From a virus: a DNA stretch of 64,000 bases. The stretch spans positions 25,935-89,934 of IMG/VR virus record IMGVR_UViG_3300032311_001249; one strand, written 5' to 3'. Shown here piece by piece: positions 49,077-57,575 of the stretch. The notes under the pieces are model-generated. The model saw nothing but the letters and a program-made list of their open reading frames with translations. It did not search any database and had not been told where the DNA came from. Every line of letters begins with the position of its first letter. The first letter of the stretch is position 1. Both the position numbers and the translations under genes were made by a program.

Positions 49077-49745
49077 TCAGAATCCTTCTAATTTAGGACC
49101 ATCAAATGTTGTTTCCACATTATTTGATATTTTTTCAAATGCACTAAAATCATTTTTTGGTTTTAAATGTGGCTGAATAAGATTAACAAACTGATAATAC
49201 GAAATTATATTTTCCGTTCCAATAAAAGTTAAAGGATTTCTTTCTTCCACAAAAAAGCTGGTGCTTTTAATATGATTGATGTGATCAATTGTTCTAAAAT
49301 CACCTGCACCAGTGTTTACTGCTACTACGAATGTGTTATTTCCAACAAAAACTTCAAAATATTTTACACTTTCTCTGTCTATAGTCTGTGGAACAAATTC
49401 CAACTGAGATATATTATCTAATACCACTGGTTCCATATCAACGGAATCCAAAGACAATGCAACATCAAATAGTTTACAATTCACAGCATTTTCATCAATA
49501 GAATTAAATTCATTTTTATTTTGTTGAAAAATAGAACCCCCAAGGTCAATGCTCTCATATTGTTGTTTTATATTTTCTAGTTGTTCCTGTATATATTGTT
49601 TGGCATTTTTCTTATTTGATGATTCATCAAAAAAACTACCAAAATCAACAAAATGTTCTGTTAGTTCAGAATCGGACACATGTTCTAAACCTATTTCTCT
49701 TTTTAATTGTTGTGTCCAGTATTGCTGGTCAAATTGTGGAATCAT
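49077..49745 (-). CDS. Hypothetical acidic protein
   Basis: ATG 49745 lies 1 nt after the stop of the 49747-49914 ORF; track start 49796. Confidence 0.55.
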   Translation of the reverse strand: MIPQFDQQYWTQQLKREIGLEHVSDSELTEHFVDFGSFFDESSNKKNAKQYIQEQLENIKQQYESIDLGGSIFQQNKNEFNSIDENAVNCKLFDVALSLDSVDMEPVVLDNISQLEFVPQTIDRESVKYFEVFVGNNTFVVAVNTGAGDFRTIDHINHIKSTSFFVEERNPLTFIGTENIISYYQFVNLIQPHLKPKNDFSAFEKISNNVETTFDGPKLEGF

Positions 49746-49746
49746 A

Positions 49747-49914
49747 TTAGTCTGGTAATTGTATCTCTCTAACGTTGATGGTATTTTTATCAACATATTG
49801 CAAATTGTTCAAGTGTTCTGACAATTGTTTTTGGTCAAGATGCAAACTAGTCTTTTGCCAAATCTTGGAATCATCGTATTTAAAAAAACCAATATAATAA
49901 GTTTTCTGGGTCAT
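49747..49914 (-). CDS. 55-aa hypothetical protein (not in the ORF track)
   Basis: MTQKTYYIGFFKYDDSKIWQKTSLHLDQKQLSEHLNNLQYVDKNTINVREIQLPD*; TAAATA 6 nt before ATG. Confidence 0.6.
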   Translation of the reverse strand: MTQKTYYIGFFKYDDSKIWQKTSLHLDQKQLSEHLNNLQYVDKNTINVREIQLPD

Positions 49915-49935
49915 AATAGCTATTTAAGAACAATG

Positions 49936-51279
49936 TTATATGATGTAAAGCATCTTTTTGGGTCTTGTCATGGCAGTGTAAAGAATTCTTTTTCTCTCAT
50001 CATCTCTTTTATTAAGATTAATATCACTGCTCACCACAAAACAATTATCATAAGTACTGCCTTGACTATTATGACTTGTTATAGCGTAGTTGTATTTCAC
50101 TTGTGCAAAATTTTCAGAAAAACTAAAATATTCAACCCATTTTTTTCTTCTTTTGCCGGGATCAGATTCACTGCTAGCACTCTTGCTTAATTTTTTAAGA
50201 TAAGATTCATAACGATTTTGTTCACTCTCATGCAAGATGTGAATAATTTCATTATTTTCGTTACCACTAACATCACAAGAGTAATATTTCCAACTTTCTC
50301 CATCAAACAGCTTTTTCTCTTTGACTATGGAACTCTGAACAACAAGGTCTTCGTTGGTGTTATACAACACTCCATCACCCTCATCATTTTTGATTGGTTT
50401 ATCAACTATGAGTTTTTCACCAACCACTATTTTGTTTGCAGTTGGTCCGTATTTAAAACTTCTCACAATTTTATTGTAATAATCCACAGTAATATTTCTC
50501 CATGCAATTATTTTACAAAAATCTGCATCTTCATCAAATTTACTACTACCAAAATAGTATTGTAACAATTGATGTAAAACTTTACTTTGGCTCTCTGAAA
50601 ACATCACAACTCCGCTATCATTTTGCATTTCTTTTTTGCCGCTCTCAAAAGAGAAACAATTATTTATAACCTTTTGACTGTATTGAATAATGGGGTTATC
50701 CTCTGCTTGACGCACAATTTTGTCCAAACGGCAGTATCCTATGTTGTATTTCTTTCTCTTTTCACTGTTCATGGGAATGCTTTCAGAGTGATTCACAGGA
50801 TTTATTTGGTTGCCATCCCCCACAAAAAGAACTTTGATGTTTCTATAATTTTGTTCTTGCATTTCATTGAACAAATCATCAGCAATCATGCTGCTCTCGT
50901 CAACCACAACAAAATCGTAAAATGGAAATTTGGTCATCACATTTTTATCTCTAACAAACACTTCTTTACCATCTTTGGTAATCTCATGTTTAAGACCCAA
51001 CATGCTGTGCAAGGTGCTAAAAGTGATTATATTTTTGCATTCTGATGGAATCATTTCACACAAAACTTTTAATGCTTTGTGAGTTGGACTAGCCATGCCA
51101 ACATTGCTGCATTTGCCATTTTGTTTTATCCACTTTAGCAAATAAGATAATAAAGTGGTTTTACCAGTTCCAGCAGCACCTTCTAATAAGAATAAATGCT
51201 GGTCTAGTTCTCCATTAATAAACTTTTTAAGATTTTCTAAAGCTTTTTCTTGATCTTCTGTTAGTTGAAATTCCTTCAT
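49936..51279 (-). CDS. dda: Dda-like SF1B DNA helicase
   Basis: 'LTEDQ', 'EGAAGTGKT', 'SPTHKA', 'STLHS.L', 'VDESSM', 'VGD..QI.PV', 'RQ', 'YAITSH.SQGSTY', 'LYTAMTR'. ATG 51279 follows TTGTTT-N17-TATATT-N5. Confidence 0.88.
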   Translation of the reverse strand: MKEFQLTEDQEKALENLKKFINGELDQHLFLLEGAAGTGKTTLLSYLLKWIKQNGKCSNVGMASPTHKALKVLCEMIPSECKNIITFSTLHSMLGLKHEITKDGKEVFVRDKNVMTKFPFYDFVVVDESSMIADDLFNEMQEQNYRNIKVLFVGDGNQINPVNHSESIPMNSEKRKKYNIGYCRLDKIVRQAEDNPIIQYSQKVINNCFSFESGKKEMQNDSGVVMFSESQSKVLHQLLQYYFGSSKFDEDADFCKIIAWRNITVDYYNKIVRSFKYGPTANKIVVGEKLIVDKPIKNDEGDGVLYNTNEDLVVQSSIVKEKKLFDGESWKYYSCDVSGNENNEIIHILHESEQNRYESYLKKLSKSASSESDPGKRRKKWVEYFSFSENFAQVKYNYAITSHNSQGSTYDNCFVVSSDINLNKRDDERKRILYTAMTRPKKMLYII

Positions 51280-51316
51280 AGAGGAATATACCACAACAAC
51301 AATCCAAAAACAATTA

Positions 51317-52036
51317 TTAAGTTAAATCAAAACTCTTGTTTGTTCTGTCCTCTATTGCTTTTATAAAATTAGAACAATCCAGCAAGTCGTCTGGATTGCC
51401 AGCATCAAACCAAAAGCCATCAAGTTCATGCACTTTCACATCTTGGTGTATTTCATTCATTTTTAAAATTAAATCCACTATTTCTAATTCTCCTCTGGAG
51501 CTTGGTTTTAAAGTTTTAGCAATTTCGCATGCACTATTTTTTAAAATATATAAACCTATAACAGCTTCATTGTTGATGTATTCTTTTGGTTTTTCCACTA
51601 GAGATATTACTTTGCTGCCATGTCTTACCACCACTCCGTATCTTTCTGGCTTTTTAACCTTGTAAGAGAATATAGTGTTTGTAGAGCATTCTAATGGTTT
51701 GTTGTTGATTATGATATTATCTCCCAAAACTAGTGTTGCATCACTGCCATTCAACCATTCTTGTGCAAGAATAAAAGCTTGTGCTAAACCCTCTGGTTTT
51801 TCTTGAATACAAAAACTAAAATTTGCACAAGTTAAATCTTGCACAACCTTTTTGAAATTTTCAATTTGGTGTGGATTGGTAATGATTAATATATCTTTTA
51901 TTCCCATTCCAACAAGAGTGTTTATTGGAAAATAAATCATGGGATATTTATAAACTGGCAGCAATTGCTTGCTCACAGCTTTTGTTAATGGTGCTAGTCT
52001 TGTTCCACTGCCACCAGCTAAAATTATTCCTTTCAT
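51317..52036 (-). CDS. rmlA: Glucose-1-phosphate thymidylyltransferase
   Basis: 'GIILAGGSGTRL.P.T...SKQLLPVY..PMIY', 'Q..PEGLAQAF', 'LGDN', 'EKP', 'PS.RGELEI', 'WFDAG'. Confidence 0.95.
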   Translation of the reverse strand: MKGIILAGGSGTRLAPLTKAVSKQLLPVYKYPMIYFPINTLVGMGIKDILIITNPHQIENFKKVVQDLTCANFSFCIQEKPEGLAQAFILAQEWLNGSDATLVLGDNIIINNKPLECSTNTIFSYKVKKPERYGVVVRHGSKVISLVEKPKEYINNEAVIGLYILKNSACEIAKTLKPSSRGELEIVDLILKMNEIHQDVKVHELDGFWFDAGNPDDLLDCSNFIKAIEDRTNKSFDLT

Positions 52037-52037
52037 A

Positions 52038-53036
52038 TCACTTGTTTAAATACCATTTTACAGTTTTTTCAAGACCTTGATTCAAACTTGTGCTTGGACT
52101 CCAATCCAATTCACTATAGCTTTTAAGATAGTCTATCTTGTAAATTTTATCATGACCTTTTCTATCTTGAACAAAACTCACCACATCTTGCAACTGGTGA
52201 TTTGTATTTTGAAAAATATTATATTTGTCCAAAATAATTTTTGTTATTTCCAAATTTGTAACATTTTTATTTGTTCCAAACAGATAGTTTTGACCATTTT
52301 TTCCTTTTTGAATTACTTTTAATATTCCCTCACAGTGGTCATCAACATACAACCAGTCTCTTTTTTGTTGACCATCACCATAAATGGGAATTTTCACACC
52401 ATTCTTTAAATTGTTTATAATTTTGGGAATTAATTTTTCAGAGTGTTGACCAAACCCATAGTTGTTGCTGCAATTGGTTATTATATAAGGAAAATTAAAT
52501 GTATGACCCAGACTTTTAACTATTAATTCTGCACAAGCTTTGCTAGCACTATAAGGATTGTTGGGATGTAAAATACTATATTCATCAAAAGCCACTCCAT
52601 TTTGGTCTTCCACACTACCAAACACTTCATCAGTGGAAACCTGAATAAAAAGACCATTCACTGCATTTTTATTCCAGTAATTTTTACAATTTTCCATTAA
52701 AATACCACAAGAATAAACATTGTTTTGTATAAAACTGCTTATGCTGCTTATGCTGTTGTCCACATGAGTGCTAGCAGCAAAATTTATCACCAAATCAATT
52801 TTGTGTTGAGATAAAAATATTTCGTTGATATATTTAATATCACTCTTATAAAATGTATATCTTTCATCATAGTACAATTCATTTTTTCCATTAATTGCGC
52901 TATATTCACATGAATCCACATTAATTACTTTTTCAAAATCAATTGATTTTGAATTGAATAATACTCTGAGAAAGTTCCAGCCTATAAATCCCAGACCACC
53001 AGTTACCAGAATATTGTTGAATCTTCTTTGTTCCAT
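52038..53036 (-). CDS. rmlB: dTDP-glucose 4,6-dehydratase
   Basis: 'LVTGGLGFIG', 'NFAA.THVD.SI', 'VSTDEVFG', 'PYSASKA', 'CSNNYG..QH.EKLIP', 'YGDG.Q.RDWLYV.DH', 'DR.GHD..Y'. Confidence 0.95.
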   Translation of the reverse strand: MEQRRFNNILVTGGLGFIGWNFLRVLFNSKSIDFEKVINVDSCEYSAINGKNELYYDERYTFYKSDIKYINEIFLSQHKIDLVINFAASTHVDNSISSISSFIQNNVYSCGILMENCKNYWNKNAVNGLFIQVSTDEVFGSVEDQNGVAFDEYSILHPNNPYSASKACAELIVKSLGHTFNFPYIITNCSNNYGFGQHSEKLIPKIINNLKNGVKIPIYGDGQQKRDWLYVDDHCEGILKVIQKGKNGQNYLFGTNKNVTNLEITKIILDKYNIFQNTNHQLQDVVSFVQDRKGHDKIYKIDYLKSYSELDWSPSTSLNQGLEKTVKWYLNK

Positions 53037-53893
53037 ATTTCAAATGTTTTTATCAAACTTTCCTCTACTGGTAAAAAGTGTATTCCAGCATTTTCTATTT
53101 TATTACTATCCAAAACACAATTGCTTCTGGGAGTTTTTACTGTTTTTAAAAATTCACTCTCATCACTAAAATACTCATAACAATTTTTGGTAATATTAAA
53201 TTTTTTAGCAATATTCAAAACTTCTTTTGCATTTATGCCTCCACTATTAGTCATGTTATAAATTCCATAAGGAATTTTTTTCTCTATGCATTTGTAGCAG
53301 TTTTTAACAAACTCATCCAAATTTGTCAAGCTGTTTGCAGCACTCCAAATTTTATCATACTTTAGTATTTTACCAATGTAATTTTTTTCATTTTCTAAAT
53401 GATTAAAAGGCATTCTTAGTCTCCATATATAACTCTTGTGCCAAGTTTTTTGCACCAAACTTTCTGCCAGAGCTTTTGTACCACTATACCAGCTACAATT
53501 TTTAAAATCAAAGCAAAAATTAGGAAAGTCTGTTTCTTTATACTCTTTCCACCATTCAACTTTATCTTCTTGATAAATGCAACCACTGCCCACATATCCC
53601 AATGGAATATTGTATTTTTCACAAGCTTGTGCTATTTTTTCAGCTAATATCACATTAACAAATAAACATTCTTGTTTGTTGTCTTCACAGCCATCCACAT
53701 TGGGTTTTCCAGTATATCCAATGCAATTCAAAACAAAAGTTGGGTTGTACACTCTTATCATTTCTTCTGCCCAATAACTAGTGGGTTTATCTTTTAAACT
53801 AACAACACTATATGGAATTTCTTTATAATCAAAATATTCCTGAAACCGCTTGCTAACATATCCGTTTTTACCAAAGATTAGTATCATTATCAT
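53003..53893 (-). CDS. Bifunctional NDP-4-keto-6-deoxyglucose 3,5-epimerase/4-reductase (NRS/ER-like)
   Basis: 'FG.NGY', 'NC.GYTGKPNVD.CE..K', 'SGCIY', 'PNF', 'YS.TKA', 'RLRMP' match the NRS/ER (UER1) subfamily of RmlD-like SDRs. Confidence 0.8.
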   Translation of the reverse strand: MIMILIFGKNGYVSKRFQEYFDYKEIPYSVVSLKDKPTSYWAEEMIRVYNPTFVLNCIGYTGKPNVDGCEDNKQECLFVNVILAEKIAQACEKYNIPLGYVGSGCIYQEDKVEWWKEYKETDFPNFCFDFKNCSWYSGTKALAESLVQKTWHKSYIWRLRMPFNHLENEKNYIGKILKYDKIWSAANSLTNLDEFVKNCYKCIEKKIPYGIYNMTNSGGINAKEVLNIAKKFNITKNCYEYFSDESEFLKTVKTPRSNCVLDSNKIENAGIHFLPVEESLIKTFEIWNKEDSTIFW

Positions 53894-54003
53894 ACTAATC
53901 TTTATTTTGGTAGTGTTTCAACTAATTTTTCGCCATAAATATGGTACAATTTATACCATAGTTATTAAAGTATTTGTTGATTTTGGTGGGAGGAATTCTT
54001 TAA

Positions 54004-54080
54004 TCTTTGTCATAGTGACCCTTACCCATAGATTGGTTTTTATTAACTAAACCAGTGTATGAGCATCACTATGACAAAGA
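54004..54080. repeat. Long imperfect inverted repeat / hairpin in a divergent intergenic region
   Basis: TCTTTGTCATAGTGA (54004-54018) pairs with TCACTATGACAAAGA (54066-54080); inner CATA/TATG and TGGTTT/AAACCA arms. Confidence 0.8.
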
Positions 54081-54292
54081 ACATCTTCTTTTCTAAAATT
54101 CTTAGTTGATTTTGGAGCCGAGTATATTCTTGCAAGTCTTTTGTTGCTGTTCAGAACTATTAAAACTGAATAAAGACCTACGCTTTGCCCTGTTGCTGAC
54201 CCTTGGAGTACAACAGCGTTTTTGTATGTTTAATGCAACATTACTACTTTAATACACATAGTTTAGTTAGTCAAGATAAAGTAAGTAAAAAT

Positions 54293-56896
54293 ATGAAGTT
54301 TAATCAATTTTTTCAAAAAACCTTAGTAAGTGAAATAAGTCAGAGCGTAATAGATAAACTACCCTATAATTTACAACAGGAATTATCAAAAAATAAAATG
54401 CCATTTAATAAAATATTTGGAAATCAATTAAGATTGATAGAGCCATTAAGAGGTACGTCACAATATGGTGAAACTATAAGAAATCTTTTGTCAGATGACT
54501 TTGAATTTGATTTTGAAAAATGGACCGGAACTAAATTAACAGATAAAGATAAGAAAAATCCCACCAGAATAGGAAAATTATTAAACAATAAAAAAAGAGA
54601 GCTATTAAAGAAAATATCAGACCTTCAAGAAGAATTAAAGACTCCCCCAAAAACTGAGGTTGTTGTTTTTCATCATTCTGTGAAAAGTGGTTGGATTGAA
54701 AAGTATAAGATACAAATAAAAGAAATTGATGATCTTTTAAAGGTGAATGACCTACAAAAAGCTCATATTTCTACCACTAAATCACAATACAGTATAATTT
54801 ATAGCAGAGTTCCTGTTGATGTTGTGAGAATGAGTGATTTTTCTTGGAGGAGTTGTCATAGTGAGGGAGGAGACTATTTTTATTGTGCATTAGCAGATGC
54901 AGTGCTTAATGCTGGAATAGCATATTTGGTTGACACTCAACAATTAATACAATTTGCTGGTGGTCAAGATAAAATACAATCATTTTTACAACAAGATGAA
55001 ATTTTTAAAGATTCAAAAAGAGCAATATCAGGAATACAGCCTCTTGCAAGAATAAGAATAAGAAATGTGATAGACTCTCAGGGAAATAGTATAGCAGTTC
55101 CCAGCACGAAAATATACAAAGACAAAGATTTGAAAGGAGTTGATGAAACTTTTAAAGATCAAGTGTTGATGTGGGCAAAAAAACAAGATGTTTCTAATTA
55201 TGAATGGGAGGACACTTTAACTCTTAAAGGTGGTAGTTATCAGGATGCTAATGTTGATGTGAAAACCATGATAAAACAGATATGGGGTAAAGATATTAGT
55301 TATGATGTGTCAGAAGATGAGGATGAATTTAGAGATGAACAAGACGAGGAAAATGACCACATCGAAGAACAGTTTTGGGATAACGTTAGAGAAGAAATAG
55401 ATGTTGAAAAGATTTTTAGAGATGCTCTAGGAAGGGATTATGAAGAAAACTTTACAGTTGATTTGGATTTGTATAATGGTGAATTAAAATTAGAATATGA
55501 TTTAAGTGGTGAATTTTTAGAGTTCTTATCTAAAAAATCAACAAATCTTGATAAAAAAACAATAAGATTGCAAAGACAAACAACAGCATATGATAAAAAT
55601 TTCACAGTTTTCATAGACCCCAAAAACAGAAAAGATATACAGTTTACATCAGTTAAATCATTTGTGTTATATGATTATGATCATGATGTGGAAACAGGAT
55701 ATTTTGATTATAGAGGATTTGTATATAGTATAGAAAAATATATAGAGAGTGTAATATCAGCATTTTTAGAGGAATCGTACGATGTTAGCCATCCACAGTA
55801 TTTGAGAGCTGCTATGAATAAAAAAATAGCAAAATATTATGATATAGAATTTCCAAAATATGATGAGGAAAATGTATCAGAATTAATAGCGTGGCATGAA
55901 CAATCAGAACTTTTTCATAAAACAATACTACCAAAATTAGATTATAAGTTAACAAGAGCTAATGATGGATATAATTTAGATTTTAACTTGAAACAAGAAA
56001 GTAAGCAATATGTTCTAGAAACTATAGATAATATGGAAAATTTCTTATATCATATAATTAATAAAGAATATAAAAATTTATACGAGAATAATTATATAGT
56101 TACACTAAAAAAGACATTATTCATCAAACGTCCTGAAAACATATCATCAGATGTAAATGCTAGAAGTTTTACAATAGGCATGGATAAACAAGGATATGAT
56201 AAATTAAAAGTGGTGGTGGATTCATATTCAAAAGTAGATTACATAGAGTATAAAATAGCAATAGTGCTTGAGTCTGATTTAAACAAAATTATAGACGATG
56301 GCAGTTATTTGCAGTGGCTGGATGCACTTTATTTTTTAAGAGATGAAGTTGCTCCAGAAATACAAGACAAAAAAACAGTGGAAGAATTGGAAAACTATAC
56401 TAAAAAGTTTATTAAAGATGAATATTTAAAAAAACAAGGACAGATGGATTTGGACCTTTCTAGTATAAATAGAAATATGAAAAATAAATTTGATCTTTAT
56501 ATACAAAAAATCTGGACAGAGAGTTTGGCAAACATGGGCACAGGAGGTTTATCCAACAGAAGTGGCGCGAACACACCTTCATCATCTAGTTATGGCACAT
56601 CATCTTCGACCACATCTAATACTCAGACTTCTCAAAACAAACCAATTTTTAGTAAAGATAAAAAAAATAAAATGAATGTTTCATCCATTGACATGGATAA
56701 TATGCTATTAAATCCTCAAACTAAACTAGATGATGTTTTAAAAGATAAAGACAATCAAAATTCAATTCTCACATACATATCATCATCCATGAGCGATCCT
56801 AACTATAAAAATAAAGAAAAAATTCAAAATTTGATAAAAAATAATAAAAATCTTAGTGATGCATTATCAAAATTTATCATAGGAGGTGCAAAATAA
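54293..56896 (+). CDS. Large late protein with putative capsid-targeting N-terminus (apparent fusion of two genes)
   Basis: ATG 54293 is 5 nt after TAAGTA; MKFNQFFQKTLVSE; conserved-looking block 'IIYSR.P.DV.RMSDF.WRSCH...Y..CA.A.....G.AYLV...PLARIRIR'. Confidence 0.65.
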   Translation: MKFNQFFQKTLVSEISQSVIDKLPYNLQQELSKNKMPFNKIFGNQLRLIEPLRGTSQYGETIRNLLSDDFEFDFEKWTGTKLTDKDKKNPTRIGKLLNNKKRELLKKISDLQEELKTPPKTEVVVFHHSVKSGWIEKYKIQIKEIDDLLKVNDLQKAHISTTKSQYSIIYSRVPVDVVRMSDFSWRSCHSEGGDYFYCALADAVLNAGIAYLVDTQQLIQFAGGQDKIQSFLQQDEIFKDSKRAISGIQPLARIRIRNVIDSQGNSIAVPSTKIYKDKDLKGVDETFKDQVLMWAKKQDVSNYEWEDTLTLKGGSYQDANVDVKTMIKQIWGKDISYDVSEDEDEFRDEQDEENDHIEEQFWDNVREEIDVEKIFRDALGRDYEENFTVDLDLYNGELKLEYDLSGEFLEFLSKKSTNLDKKTIRLQRQTTAYDKNFTVFIDPKNRKDIQFTSVKSFVLYDYDHDVETGYFDYRGFVYSIEKYIESVISAFLEESYDVSHPQYLRAAMNKKIAKYYDIEFPKYDEENVSELIAWHEQSELFHKTILPKLDYKLTRANDGYNLDFNLKQESKQYVLETIDNMENFLYHIINKEYKNLYENNYIVTLKKTLFIKRPENISSDVNARSFTIGMDKQGYDKLKVVVDSYSKVDYIEYKIAIVLESDLNKIIDDGSYLQWLDALYFLRDEVAPEIQDKKTVEELENYTKKFIKDEYLKKQGQMDLDLSSINRNMKNKFDLYIQKIWTESLANMGTGGLSNRSGANTPSSSSYGTSSSTTSNTQTSQNKPIFSKDKKNKMNVSSIDMDNMLLNPQTKLDDVLKDKDNQNSILTYISSSMSDPNYKNKEKIQNLIKNNKNLSDALSKFIIGGAK
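56477..56896 (+). CDS. Nested in-frame late gene (139 aa, Ser/Thr-rich)
   Basis: TATAAATA at 56464-56471, 5 nt before in-frame ATG 56477; starts MKNKFDLYIQKIWTE like the other targeting-peptide genes. Confidence 0.55.
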   Translation: MKNKFDLYIQKIWTESLANMGTGGLSNRSGANTPSSSSYGTSSSTTSNTQTSQNKPIFSKDKKNKMNVSSIDMDNMLLNPQTKLDDVLKDKDNQNSILTYISSSMSDPNYKNKEKIQNLIKNNKNLSDALSKFIIGGAK

Positions 56897-56897
56897 T

Positions 56898-57533
56898 ATG
56901 AATTATAATTTTGATAAATATATCTATAAAGTTTTTCTAGAACAACCAGAAAATAATGCTCCAGATGAAAACCAACAAAATGATGTTGCAGAGCAAGAAC
57001 CACAGGATGTAGGACAACAAGAACCACAGGTTTTTCCAGAAGAATTAGAACTAGCAAAACTTGCTATCAGAGCTATATATTTTAATATATCATCCAAAGG
57101 TGTTCATAAACTTAAATTAAAGTATAAAGGTCGCATAATACCATTTGAGAAAATCTCTGATTTCTTTGAAAAAACAAAGAAAATATTTCCAGTTTTAGGA
57201 TTCGTGGAATGGGCGATGGATCGTTACGAAGGTTTTAGTAGTAAATGGACAGAACAACCAGAGATAAAAGGAGATAGTATAATAACAAAAATTAAAAAAT
57301 TTAATAAAAATCTCCCAGAAGAAAATCGTTTGGACAATGGTAAAAGAGTTTATTGGACCAGAATCATTCTCAATTGTTTATTACACGGAACCACTAATTT
57401 TAACATTAATATAAGTGATGTTAATGAACAAAATATAAAAGAAATTTTTAGACTTTTAAAACAACATTTTGGTAGTGATACCAGAGGAATGTTTGCCGGA
57501 GAAGGGGATTGGAAAGGACCGGGAACTTTTTAA
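56898..57533 (+). CDS. Late protein with putative capsid-targeting N-terminus
   Basis: MNYNFDKYIYKVFLE; acidic QEPQ repeat linker; ATG 1 nt after the upstream stop. Confidence 0.6.
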   Translation: MNYNFDKYIYKVFLEQPENNAPDENQQNDVAEQEPQDVGQQEPQVFPEELELAKLAIRAIYFNISSKGVHKLKLKYKGRIIPFEKISDFFEKTKKIFPVLGFVEWAMDRYEGFSSKWTEQPEIKGDSIITKIKKFNKNLPEENRLDNGKRVYWTRIILNCLLHGTTNFNINISDVNEQNIKEIFRLLKQHFGSDTRGMFAGEGDWKGPGTF

Positions 57534-57534
57534 T

Positions 57535-57568
57535 TTGACATTGTAACAAATGAGAAGTATGGTAAGTA
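57535..57568 (+). promoter_or_regulatory. Sigma70-type promoter plus late-type motif
   Basis: TTGACA-N17-TATGGT and overlapping TAAGTA, 7 nt before ATG 57576. Confidence 0.55.
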
Positions 57569-57575
57569 TCATTAT

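Noticed and set aside
54045-54250. ~65-codon stop-free stretch on the - strand in the intergenic region
   Set aside because: No ATG/GTG/TTG near its 5' end, and it overlaps the hairpin.
56990-57030. Direct repeat CAAGAACCACAGG x2
   Set aside because: A simple coding duplication (QEPQ) in an acidic linker.
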